A stretch of 64,000 bases of DNA from the NCBI GenBank assembly GCA_963717995.1, contig CAVQXX010000006.1, forward strand, positions 102,357 to 166,356, given 5' to 3'. The position numbers and the translations under genes are program-made. Below are positions 9,903 to 19,000 of this stretch, in pieces (positions within the stretch are counted from its first letter, which is position 1; the number at the start of each line of letters is the position of its first letter). Below the pieces are notes generated by a model. It was not told the origin of the DNA and ran no database searches. It was given only the letters and a program-made list of their open reading frames with translations. Origin of the DNA: an uncultured Bacteroidales bacterium. GTDB lineage: Bacteria > Bacteroidota > Bacteroidia > Bacteroidales > UBA10428.

Positions 9903-11225
9903 TTAAAAATTCACCATAAAATCAATATGAAAAATGCTTCCTGTATTTCCAACCTGGTATGGAAGTGATAATCCTCCTACAGGGCTTTCATCCTGATATA
10001 TGTATTCCGCATTCAGCCGGACAACCTGATTTTTCCAAGGGAATAGATTTAACCCGGCGCGAAATTCATCGGGATCCCCATATTCCCCGAATATCTTTGA
10101 ATAAGTAATATAAAGTTGCAGCAAAGAGTGAAGCATCATTCCCGATCCCTGAAACTGGAATCCGTGATCCAATAAATGATCAAATTGCAGTAGTTCCGTT
10201 CCAGCTCCTGATAAATGGTCAATCCTACGAAAATAATATTCCGCTTCTGCAGCAAATCCTTTATATTTCACTCCTCCATCAAGTCCTGCCATTTGATAGG
10301 TTGCGTTTTCAACTTGAATTCCATTTCCAAATAAATCGGGGGCGAAAATAACGCTTCCATCCGAAATGCGTATCTGCACATTTTCAAAAGCATCCGTTTT
10401 GGGTTGTCCCTGGCGGTCTTCATTACTTCGTGTATAGTGAATTCCCACCCTTGTAGCAACTTTCTCGTGGTTTTCAAAATCACCAAAGCTGCCATTTGAC
10501 CCGAATTCACCGGTTGTGGGAAAATAAGTCAGGGCACCTGAAAATGTGTTGAATCCTGCATCCAGTTGTCCGGCATCTACGCCCAATTGACTCAGGTTAT
10601 TTCCGAGCATAAGGTTATAGTTAAGCTTATTAACAATGAGACCCTTAATCCATATGCCCATAGTATAAGACGGCCTGAAAAACTCATCTGCGATTAACCG
10701 GTTGTCGAGTGTCAGCCAGTATGGAAAGCTGCCCTCAGTGCTTCTTACACCAGGTAGGGAGTTCACACCGCCACCCAATAAAAGATGCTTATTGAAATTG
10801 TAGGTGAGGTTTCCGGCTACAACTACTTGCGCTCCAAGTCCCTGGGCCGTATTATTGGTCCATATATAAAAAATATACCGGAATTTAGGATCAAGCAGCC
10901 AGCCGAGAAACTGAATATTTACCTTATTGAGCTGCAAATCCTGCCTCTTGTCAAGTTCGGATGTATTTCCGAAGGAGTTATTGGTACTATCCCTGAGACC
11001 CAATTGATTAAGATATCTTATATAGGAAAATATTTTTATATTCATTTCCCCAAAATCAGTTTTTACCACTTTAAAACCCAGTCCGGGAGAATATTTTCCG
11101 AAATTTTCAACTGATTTATCTGTATGTACCGGTTTGATCAGCGTATCCTTGTGCTGGCCAACGACTGTGCCATTGAGTAACGCAAGGCAAATAAAAGAAA
11201 TGAACCCGTGCAATAGTATTTTCAT
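9903..11225 (-). CDS. putative porin (paralog of 12412-13764)
   Basis: Signal peptide MKILLHGFISFICLALLNGTVVGQ from the ATG at 11225. Shares LMLGNNLSQLG, GDFENHEKVATR and GVKYKG blocks with the 450-aa neighbour. Beta-barrel-like throughout. Confidence 0.6.
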   Translation of the reverse strand: MKILLHGFISFICLALLNGTVVGQHKDTLIKPVHTDKSVENFGKYSPGLGFKVVKTDFGEMNIKIFSYIRYLNQLGLRDSTNNSFGNTSELDKRQDLQLNKVNIQFLGWLLDPKFRYIFYIWTNNTAQGLGAQVVVAGNLTYNFNKHLLLGGGVNSLPGVRSTEGSFPYWLTLDNRLIADEFFRPSYTMGIWIKGLIVNKLNYNLMLGNNLSQLGVDAGQLDAGFNTFSGALTYFPTTGEFGSNGSFGDFENHEKVATRVGIHYTRSNEDRQGQPKTDAFENVQIRISDGSVIFAPDLFGNGIQVENATYQMAGLDGGVKYKGFAAEAEYYFRRIDHLSGAGTELLQFDHLLDHGFQFQGSGMMLHSLLQLYITYSKIFGEYGDPDEFRAGLNLFPWKNQVVRLNAEYIYQDESPVGGLSLPYQVGNTGSIFHIDFMVNF

Positions 11226-11275
11226 TTTTTGAAAGATTTCTTCATGATCAGAAAGCCGGTAAAAACAATCCAGGA

Positions 11276-12364
11276 CTATTTTGCATTTGCCTTTTCCCAA
11301 GCCCTGACGTCGATCCGGGCTTTATCGAAAAGTTTTTCATAATTCTTTTTCAGGATCTTGTCCCGGGCTTCCGGTGTTAATCTCGTCCATAGGGGCTCAT
11401 ACATGTAATAAATATTCAGATCCTTTTCCTGGCTGTCCGGTGCTACATTGTCGGTTCCGAATAAAAAGCGGTCGGGGTATTTATTGATCAGGTAAGCCGA
11501 ATTGGAAAGGGAGGTATCCGAAGCCACAATGTATTTTGCCACTTCATCCCACGAAATATCAATATAAAGGTTATTGTAGGCCGGATCGGAAATGAGGCCT
11601 TCCATCAGGGTCACCATATCTTTTAAGGGAGCCACAATTCTTCCTACCCCGACATGGGCCCAGATGATTGTAGTTTTTGGATGCCGCTTAACAAGATCCT
11701 TCATTCCATCAAGGTAATTAGGCTTTCCCGGCTTCGGGAACGGATTGTCGATATCATTATGGACCAGGGCCACCAGGCCCACCTCGGCGCAAAAACTTAA
11801 AATGCTGTCCAGGGCAGGATCATTAAAGCTGGCAACATCCCCTTCTATTTTAGAGGAAACAAATTCCTTGTGAATTGAAAATTCGCCGATGCCTGAAAAT
11901 ACACCCGGAAATGTAAGCAATACCCTTCGTATATGGGCAGCGGCATACATATCGGTAGGATTGAACCCGATGATCATGGGATCGAGCCTTTGCTGCTGTT
12001 CCAAAGTCAGTGATTTATAAGCCATGGCTGTCATGGCATCTGTAAAGGAATAGTAATACAGGTGTGCATCCGTATCCAGGTAATAAACGGGTGCGAATTT
12101 TCCGGTAACGCGGTATGACCATTGTTGCTGTAGCGGAAGCCCAAACAGGGTTGACCGGCCGATTTTATCACCCATGATCTCATTAACGTACTTATGAATG
12201 TCTAATCCCTCCTGGATATAATTTGTCAGGTGGAAATGGGAATCATGGAAAAGATATTCGGGTTTGGCAGCTTTGCCGGAACCCTGTGCATTCAAGCCGC
12301 AAAAGGATGCAAGGAGGAGGAGAGGTATTAATAACCCTGCTGAATGTATAGGATTTGATTTCAT
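11276..12364 (-). CDS. secreted metal-dependent amidohydrolase-family (TIM-barrel) hydrolase
   Basis: Signal peptide MKSNPIHSAGLLIPLLLLASFCGLNAQ. HDSHFHLTNY (HxH metal motif), VHNDID, WAHVG and LFGTDN blocks are typical of the amidohydrolase superfamily. Confidence 0.65.
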   Translation of the reverse strand: MKSNPIHSAGLLIPLLLLASFCGLNAQGSGKAAKPEYLFHDSHFHLTNYIQEGLDIHKYVNEIMGDKIGRSTLFGLPLQQQWSYRVTGKFAPVYYLDTDAHLYYYSFTDAMTAMAYKSLTLEQQQRLDPMIIGFNPTDMYAAAHIRRVLLTFPGVFSGIGEFSIHKEFVSSKIEGDVASFNDPALDSILSFCAEVGLVALVHNDIDNPFPKPGKPNYLDGMKDLVKRHPKTTIIWAHVGVGRIVAPLKDMVTLMEGLISDPAYNNLYIDISWDEVAKYIVASDTSLSNSAYLINKYPDRFLFGTDNVAPDSQEKDLNIYYMYEPLWTRLTPEARDKILKKNYEKLFDKARIDVRAWEKANAK

Positions 12365-12411
12365 AGGTTCTCTTTAATAAAACTCAAAATGATAATTCAC
12401 AGAAGCTAAGT

Positions 12412-13764
12412 TTAGAGCAAAATATCCACACCCCCGGTAAATGTGGATCCTGTCTGGCCTGCTGTATACAACCCGAAAGTACCTCCTGCCGCTCCCTTAT
12501 AAACATACATTCCTTGCAGGTTGATTCTCCAGCTGCGGCTTTTCACCGGGTAAATATTCACACCGCCACCCACCTCATACGGATTTCGGCCGAATTCATC
12601 GAATATGGCGGAATTGATGCCATATATACAGAGAATCTTTGGCACGAGCATATATAGCACCTGGAGAGTATAACCCTTATCAGCAATTGATGACAGGGGA
12701 ACAGCACCATCCGTATTAAAATCAGAAAGTTTCCGGTAATACAATTCGGTATGTACAGCCAGACCCTTGTATTTGACTCCGAGATCGACCGCCAGCATAT
12801 CAAAATCAGCTTCTTCCACAGTTACGTTGTTCGCAAGCGCTCCGGTTTCAAAAAACAGGACTCCATCGGACATACGCACCTGGGTATTATCCGGGCTGGG
12901 TGTGCCTATATTATTGAAACGGTTTTCACGGCTGTGACAGAAAGAGGCTCCAAAACGGGTGGCTAGTTTGTCATGATGCTCGAAATCTCCATTACCTCCT
13001 CTTGGTCCGAATTCCTTCGTTGTTGGCATCCAGAACAGGGAGACACTTTTCGACATATGCCGGGTCAGCTTGGCGGCCTGGATGCCCAGCTGGCTCAGGT
13101 TATTACCGAGCATCAGGGAATAACGAAGTCCTGGAACAATTTCGCCATTGGCAAACAGTCCGTTGGTAAATCCTCCCCTGAGCGCATCTTCAGCCATGGT
13201 CCGATCGGTGGAAGTGAAAAAAGGAAACGGGCCCTGAAGGCTCCTGATACAAAGGTTTGGACTGATCCCAATACCTAACGTAATATGTTTATTGAACGAG
13301 TATTTTAAGTTTCCGTAAATCAGGGTTTGCTGGGTCGGAAAAATGGTCCATACGGTGGCCATATAAGTGAATTTTGGTGTTCCCACATACCCTGTTAACC
13401 ATATCATCGTGCGATGCCAGTAAAAATCATTTCGCCCGTTAAATTCTCTTTCATTACCAAGGTGATCATTCCATGTCGCTTCGACCGGCATCTGGTTGAG
13501 GTACCGCGCCATTGCATATAAGCTTATATTCAGGCTGGCAAATTTATTTTTAGCCAGCTGAAAACCTTTACCGGGGGTAAACTCGCCGGCTGACTGGTTA
13601 AAATAAACCCTGTCATTGGGATCCTCTGAAACCGGCCTCAAATTTACCGTATCAATAGCTTCCATCTGGCTGTAAATCTTTCCAGGCCAGAGTAACAGAC
13701 AAAGGACTGCTGGCAGAAGGATTCTACCGGCAGTCCTCCGGACACTTAACAACATAATTTTCAT
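12412..13764 (-). CDS. putative porin (paralog of 9903-11225)
   Basis: Signal peptide ...LLPAVLCLLLWPGKIYSQ. Shares SLMLGNNLSQLG, GDFEHHDKLATR and DLGVKYKGLA blocks with the 9903-11225 product. Confidence 0.6.
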   Translation of the reverse strand: MKIMLLSVRRTAGRILLPAVLCLLLWPGKIYSQMEAIDTVNLRPVSEDPNDRVYFNQSAGEFTPGKGFQLAKNKFASLNISLYAMARYLNQMPVEATWNDHLGNEREFNGRNDFYWHRTMIWLTGYVGTPKFTYMATVWTIFPTQQTLIYGNLKYSFNKHITLGIGISPNLCIRSLQGPFPFFTSTDRTMAEDALRGGFTNGLFANGEIVPGLRYSLMLGNNLSQLGIQAAKLTRHMSKSVSLFWMPTTKEFGPRGGNGDFEHHDKLATRFGASFCHSRENRFNNIGTPSPDNTQVRMSDGVLFFETGALANNVTVEEADFDMLAVDLGVKYKGLAVHTELYYRKLSDFNTDGAVPLSSIADKGYTLQVLYMLVPKILCIYGINSAIFDEFGRNPYEVGGGVNIYPVKSRSWRINLQGMYVYKGAAGGTFGLYTAGQTGSTFTGGVDILL

Positions 13765-13781
13765 ATAACATTTCTTTTGAT

Positions 13782-14810
13782 TTATTTCGGCTGAATGAGG
13801 AAAGGATTTACACCTAGTTTTTCAACCACATACTTGATCACCATCTGTGCTTTTACGCTGTTTCCGGCTGCATCCAGCGGGGGTGAAACAACAGCAATCC
13901 CGAATTTGCCCGGGCATACGGCAAGCAAACCACCGCCTACGCCACTTTTGGCAGGAAGTCCTGAATTATAATACCATATCCCGGAGTCGTCATAAAGGCC
14001 TGCGGATGCCATTACCGGGAGAGTATACATTACCGTTTCCGGAGATACCACCTTCTTTTTTGTTACAGGGTTAACGCCTCCGTTGGCCAGCGTTGCAGCC
14101 ATGGTGGCCAGATCTTTTGCATTCACATTGAGGGCGCACTGTTTGGTGTAAATATCCGTAGCCTGTACCGGGTCGAAATACATTCGGCCATAGGCAAGCA
14201 ACAAATGGGCAATGGCCTGGTTCCGGAGATTATCCCCTGCTTCGCTTATGTATACAGGCATGTTCAGGGACAGTTGCCTTCCTGCAAAATCACTGTGTAC
14301 CTGCACGATGCTTTTCCATTTGGCGGCAGAATCCGCACCATTGATGAGGCTTGTTGAAGCAATGGCACCCGGGTTGACAAGGGGATTGATTTCTTTTCCC
14401 CGCATTCTTTCCACTGCGGTAATGGAGTTAAAGACTTCCCCGGTTGCATCTACGCCGATCTTATCCTGCACTGCCTGGTGTCCCTGTTCTTCAATCACTT
14501 TGGCCAATGTAAATACCTTTGAAACACTCTGGATAGAGACTTTTGAATCAATGTCCCCCTTCGTGTAAACCACACCATCGGTAGTAACCAGTGCGATACC
14601 GAAAATTTTGGGATCCACATTGGCCAGTTCCTTTATGTAATCGGCATTTTTGCCATCCTTCACATCCTTATATTTTGTGTAAGCCTCATCCAGGGCTGCT
14701 TTTATTTTCTCGGGAGTAAGTGTCTGACCGTACAAAACAGCAAATTGTGTCATCAACAGGACAGCCACTGACAAAACCAGGAATCTTTTGGTACCGTTTA
14801 AATGTTTCAT
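13782..14810 (-). CDS. glsA: glutaminase A with N-terminal signal peptide
   Basis: Glutaminase blocks SIQSVSKVFT (Ser-x-x-Lys), NPLVNPGAI, GLPAKSGVGGG and LDAAGNSV. The N-terminus MKHLNGTKRFLVLSVAVLLMTQFAVLYGQ looks like a signal peptide. Confidence 0.9.
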   Translation of the reverse strand: MKHLNGTKRFLVLSVAVLLMTQFAVLYGQTLTPEKIKAALDEAYTKYKDVKDGKNADYIKELANVDPKIFGIALVTTDGVVYTKGDIDSKVSIQSVSKVFTLAKVIEEQGHQAVQDKIGVDATGEVFNSITAVERMRGKEINPLVNPGAIASTSLINGADSAAKWKSIVQVHSDFAGRQLSLNMPVYISEAGDNLRNQAIAHLLLAYGRMYFDPVQATDIYTKQCALNVNAKDLATMAATLANGGVNPVTKKKVVSPETVMYTLPVMASAGLYDDSGIWYYNSGLPAKSGVGGGLLAVCPGKFGIAVVSPPLDAAGNSVKAQMVIKYVVEKLGVNPFLIQPK

Positions 14811-14832
14811 ATCTGATAGATATTAATTATTA

Positions 14833-16047
14833 TTAATTACTGGATTTTCTATAAAAGGCTTGGGAAAATTTATATCTGAAAGAAAACTGGATCTTAAATA
14901 TGTCCGTGCTGAAATCATCACTGAAGTTCTCACGTGTTCCGTATTGCAGTTCCACTCCCATCATGGCATTGGCCGTAGGATAAAACAACAGGTTTCCGCA
15001 GGCATAATCGTCCCCGGTCAAAAGCAGAAGGATCCTGTCCGTCTGAATTGTCTAATGTCTACCATGGAATAACCAATTGAACTGCTGAATTTTTCACTCC
15101 ACTGCTGGTCAAAAAAGGCAACAAGTCCAAATACTGGCAGCGGCACACCGAGTACCGGCTGATCGGGATCTGAGAAATTTTCTTTAATCCCGATATCGGC
15201 AGGTGCATCATTCATATAGTTCTGAATTCCCTCGCCATATACGGCCTGGAATCTTCCCACGAGCGATTTGGTGATGTTAATGTTTGAACTTAGGTTCAGT
15301 CCCCATCCTACCGTTTCGTCACCGAGTTCATAGGCGTCTGCCTGGGTATCTTCCCATGAAATATATCGCAATATTCCGGCGAGCTCAACATATCCAAAAT
15401 TGCCTCCATACCGGTATTCTGCCGACAGATCGGGTATCGGAAACCGGGCCTGAATGCCGGAGAGTTCGATTCGGTCTCCGTAGACTCCCTGGTCACCGCT
15501 GGCACCCGGACGTTCCAGGGCAATGGTCAGCCTTGTGTCTCCCTGGATAGGCATGTACCGTATCTGGATATTCCGGAAAAATACCATTCCGTACCGGTCC
15601 CCAGTATTCCAATGTATTCGGAAATACATCCGCATCCATAAAGGGGCTCCAGTACTGGCCCACACCAAATTTGCCCAATTCGGCGTAGGCATGACGAAGC
15701 CGGAACGTGGTCTGCCCGGCATCCACACCGGTGCCGAAAAGTTCAAACTCAAAGGTTGTTTTCAGTTCACCAAGGGAGGTAGGCAGGTAGCTCTTTACGC
15801 CAAAACGGGTTTGCCTTACACTGAAGTAGGCGTTGCCGTCCGTGCCGAATTCACCTTCATAGGAAGGCAGTTTGGTAGGACGGATCACATCAAACCAGTC
15901 GGGATGGATCTGGTTGGCATTATAACCTGCATCGGTCATAACGAAACCATATACTTCAAACGATTTTTGTTCTGCTGCATCCTGTGCCTGTGCAGTTAAC
16001 ATAAAGATAAACAGGAGTATAAGACTGGTAATATCTTTAATTTTCAT
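14833..16047 (-). pseudogene. porin gene split into three ORFs by frameshifts
   Basis: ORFs 15493-16047 (signal peptide, then ...RLRHAYAELGKFGVGQYWSPF), 15018-15752 and 14833-15021 read as one barrel protein if the frame is corrected near 15589-15597, 15045-15056 and the CCCC run at 15012-15015. A third-frame stretch NSDGQDPSAFDRG bridges the last two ORFs. Confidence 0.7.
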
Positions 16048-16132
16048 GGAGGTAGAGTTATGGGTGAAGTAATTATCAAAATGAGTTAACTATTTACTAT
16101 TGAGTAGTTTTCACCTTAACAAAGAAATCTCT

Positions 16133-16170
16133 AAAAAGTTTCAGCCGGATGACAAACCACCCGGCTGAAA
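16133..16170 (-). terminator. intrinsic terminator after the DUF4136-OMP-DUF4136 operon
   Basis: On the minus strand: TTTCAGCCGG-GTGGTTTGTCAT-CCGGCTGAAA, followed by CTTTTT. It lies 16 nt downstream of the ORF end at 16186. Confidence 0.6.
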
Positions 16171-16185
16171 TGTTAAATCCTGTAT

Positions 16186-16729
16186 TTATATCAGAACCTG
16201 GGAGGATATTTCACAAATATCTGTTTCAACCGCGTAATTTATGTTTTCTTCGCGTTTTTGCGGACTGGCATCCTGATCAATGGTTTTGGTGCCACGACCC
16301 TGCCAAACCAGCTGTTTTTTCGAAGCATCAATCATATCAATGAACAAGGTACCATCAACGTACGTATCATAATTAATAGTGGTGGTTGAAAAGCCTCCGC
16401 CCTTAGCCATAACGGTATCCTGCGCCATAATATCCGCCGGAATTGGTAGCGGTGGCGGTTTGCTGCGTTTGCGTCTTGATTTTTACATCGATCAGAACAT
16501 CAGGGTTATCTGATTTGGTAAAACCTTTGGCAGCCAGTTCTTTTTCCACGGCTGCAATAAGGCGGTTACGGTTGATGTCATCGAGCGGCAAGGCCAGCGC
16601 TTCGGGTGTAAAGGCATACGTTTTATAAGCCGGAAATGTGGCTGTTTTGTCAAAGTCGGAAGACACCTTGATAGAACTGCAGGAGGTTACTCCAACCAGG
16701 ACTAATAAAAGGAAAATAAGTTTTTTCAT
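16186..16729 (-). pseudogene. DUF4136-type lipoprotein, frame-disrupted
   Basis: Lipoprotein signal MKKLIFLLLVLVGVTSCSS. ORF 16403-16729 stops at ...GAGYRYG*. The overlapping ORF 16186-16428 continues with GGGFSTTTINYDTYVDGTLFIDMIDA...LVWQG, the DUF4136 core. A further shift near 16221-16230 would restore a typical tail KQIFVKYPPRF. Confidence 0.65.
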
Positions 16730-16741
16730 AACTGTTTTGGA

Positions 16742-17329
16742 TTAGGGAACGAATACAAATCCGAAGTTGACCGTAAGATATGCCTGCGATGGCAAGTCGC
16801 CTGCTTTAAATCCATAATAATACTTGGCAGCCAGGGTTAGGCCAACTCCTGGAGCGGCCTTGATCAATACACCTACTTCAGGTCTGAGAGTAAAATGCCA
16901 GGCATCCTTTTCAAAAGTATAGGTTGCCATATCCGTATTCTGCAGGGTGTACATGGTACCGATACCCAGCCCGGCATAACCTGATAAATCGGCATCCGGT
17001 TTGAAATAATAATCCGCTGCAGCCAGCATGGGGAAATGATTGCTGTAGCGCCATTGTTTCCCCGAAAGGGTGACGTTTTTGTATTCGTACACATCATCGT
17101 CCATTTCTTCATAGAAGGTATTCCATCCAAATTCAACGCCAACGCCAATATTGGCTGTTGCCAGGTTCCTGTAGTCAAAAGTAAAGCCCCTGAAACTGGT
17201 CTTGCCTATAAAGTCACCCATATCACCCGTGCCAAACCCGATCGAATATTGGAGGGCTGTCAGATTCCGCTGCGGGAAAGCTGAAATGGCAAGTACAGTA
17301 AAAACAATTAGAATAAATATCTTTTTCAT
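16742..17329 (-). CDS. small outer-membrane beta-barrel protein
   Basis: Signal peptide MKKIFILIVFTVLAISAFPQ, alternating Gly/aromatic strands, C-terminal YLTVNFGFVFVP. Confidence 0.65.
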   Translation of the reverse strand: MKKIFILIVFTVLAISAFPQRNLTALQYSIGFGTGDMGDFIGKTSFRGFTFDYRNLATANIGVGVEFGWNTFYEEMDDDVYEYKNVTLSGKQWRYSNHFPMLAAADYYFKPDADLSGYAGLGIGTMYTLQNTDMATYTFEKDAWHFTLRPEVGVLIKAAPGVGLTLAAKYYYGFKAGDLPSQAYLTVNFGFVFVP

Positions 17330-17343
17330 AATCTTGAATATTT

Positions 17344-17979
17344 TTAGTTGGTTTTCAGATACGGTGACTGGTCAAATGCCTTGTCGATGGCTGTGTTTAC
17401 ACGTGTTGCATTATAGGTATTAGTTAACACGCCGTTGATAATGCCACTCCATTGTGTTACAGGATTGCCATTGGCTCCTATTTCGGTCTTATCTATAAGG
17501 TTCATCATCAAGGTTCCCGTTGTATAGGAGGTAACAGCTACCGGAGGATAGTAGGGATAATAACCGCCCCAGCCCCAGCCTGGATAATAGCCACCATACC
17601 ACCAACCCCAGTAATCATACCAGTACGAAATAGTCGTGGTTTCCCATGAAGCAGGCAAAAGCAATAAATCAGCATCTTCCGATGCAAGATCAACACGATC
17701 ATAACCCAGTGCATCCATGTTTTCTGCAATTTTTGAAAGAATAAGGGCTGCAGTAGCATCCGGTATAAAGACCGGTGCATCACCTTCCTGTAAATTGCCG
17801 GTGATCTTGACAATTCTGTCAGGCATGGAATAGGTAGCCTTCGTACCAAATTCATAGGTATCATTATGATACGTTAACACAACGTCAAGTTCTTCAACGT
17901 AGTCAGGCCCGTCCGGGTAACATCCGGACAGCAGTAACGCACTGAAGAAACTTACACAAATCAGGATTTTTCTTTTCAT
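17344..17979 (-). CDS. DUF4136-type lipoprotein with Trp/Tyr/Gly-rich insert
   Basis: Lipobox LLLSGC. Core TTGTLMMNLIDKTE...VTQWSGIINGVL. Insert ISYWYDYWGWWYGGYYPGWGWGGYYPYYPP. Confidence 0.65.
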   Translation of the reverse strand: MKRKILICVSFFSALLLSGCYPDGPDYVEELDVVLTYHNDTYEFGTKATYSMPDRIVKITGNLQEGDAPVFIPDATAALILSKIAENMDALGYDRVDLASEDADLLLLPASWETTTISYWYDYWGWWYGGYYPGWGWGGYYPYYPPVAVTSYTTGTLMMNLIDKTEIGANGNPVTQWSGIINGVLTNTYNATRVNTAIDKAFDQSPYLKTN

Positions 17980-18122
17980 GTTTAATCAGGTTTAAGTAAT
18001 TGAATTAATTAATAGTTTAAAAGTTTGTTCAATCAGGATTTTACATATGTTAATTTCATTCTAGCCGATTCCTAAAACTTATTACAGGTTATTTCATTAA
18101 CAATATCTCAGCCTTAAAGTTC

Positions 18123-18169
18123 CAAATGTACAGTCAATTTAAGTACCGGTAAATAGTACTTTAGTGCTA
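18123..18169 (-). promoter_or_regulatory. operator-promoter copy 1: 7-2-7 palindrome, 23-nt spacer, TAnnTTTG -7 box
   Basis: Minus-strand read: TAGCACTAAAGTACTA (18169-18154), 23 nt, TACATTTG (18130-18123). It lies upstream of the 17979->16186 operon. Confidence 0.6.
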
Positions 18170-18211
18170 AACAATGGACTGTTATTTCATTCGCGAAGAT
18201 AATATTCAAAA

Positions 18212-18967
18212 TTAAAATCTGAATCCCACATTGACAAGATAACGGTATCCAAATTCACCGCTCCGGAAAGATCCGCTCTTCCTTACCCCCTCTCCGTCAA
18301 TGACATAATTATATCCGGGAAATTTTTCCTTCAGTTGATTATTCAATTCCTCGTAAAATGCTTCCGAATCCTCAGGACCAAGGTCATGGTTTTTGGTGGT
18401 TTTCATATCAAAAAACCACAATCCCGGTCCCATGAATACTACATCCAATGTTAATCGTTCCCAGAATACAAACTGGTAACCCAGTTGAACACCGACCAGG
18501 TGCATATTCAGGCTCAACTCACTGATCAGTTCTCCGTTATAATCGCTGAAATTAAGGGTCCATTTATTTTCCCGCTGCAAATAGTTATAGGCGTAATAAG
18601 GACCGAAATATAATCCATGAGGAGCAGCAAATTTATTTTCCTTTGTTAAATAGATCCTGTAGTCAACTGAAAAATTAAATCCCTTGTCCTTATAATTCCT
18701 TTGCAGTTCAATGGAATCATCCACGAAAGGATCAAACTTGGGCATGGCAAACCGGCCGACATTCACCGAAAAAGACTGATCTTTTTTAACCTGCCGCTCA
18801 TATCCGAAGATATTGTTTTTAATGCCAAACAACACCGGATTGGAGAGATTCAGACGAATTGTATTTTTGAAAGCCCGGGAACTGTCAGATTCTTGTGCAT
18901 TACCATCCAGGATGATTAAAAGGCTTGTCAGCAACAGAATGAATTGATATGGAAATCTGGAATTCAA
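18212..18967 (-). CDS. uncharacterised secreted/OM protein, tandem paralog B
   Basis: Signal-like N-terminus ...FILLLTSLLIILDGNAQ. Colinear with the 19001-19786 product by eye (FKNTIRLNLSNP, NYKDKGFNFSVDYR, GYQFVFW, LGPEDSE, GYRYLVNVGFRF). C-terminal Phe. Confidence 0.6.
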   Translation of the reverse strand: MNSRFPYQFILLLTSLLIILDGNAQESDSSRAFKNTIRLNLSNPVLFGIKNNIFGYERQVKKDQSFSVNVGRFAMPKFDPFVDDSIELQRNYKDKGFNFSVDYRIYLTKENKFAAPHGLYFGPYYAYNYLQRENKWTLNFSDYNGELISELSLNMHLVGVQLGYQFVFWERLTLDVVFMGPGLWFFDMKTTKNHDLGPEDSEAFYEELNNQLKEKFPGYNYVIDGEGVRKSGSFRSGEFGYRYLVNVGFRF

Positions 18968-19000
18968 TTTATTTAAGTTGTTGATCTGGTGGTGAACCTC

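Noticed and set aside
18154-18169. The palindrome TAGCAC-N5-GTAC read as a sigma-54 (-24/-12) promoter.
   Set aside because: It lacks the conserved GG and GC dinucleotides at TGGCAC-N5-TTGC spacing. A primary-sigma -7 box sits at a fixed 23-nt distance in all three copies, and no bEBP gene was seen nearby.
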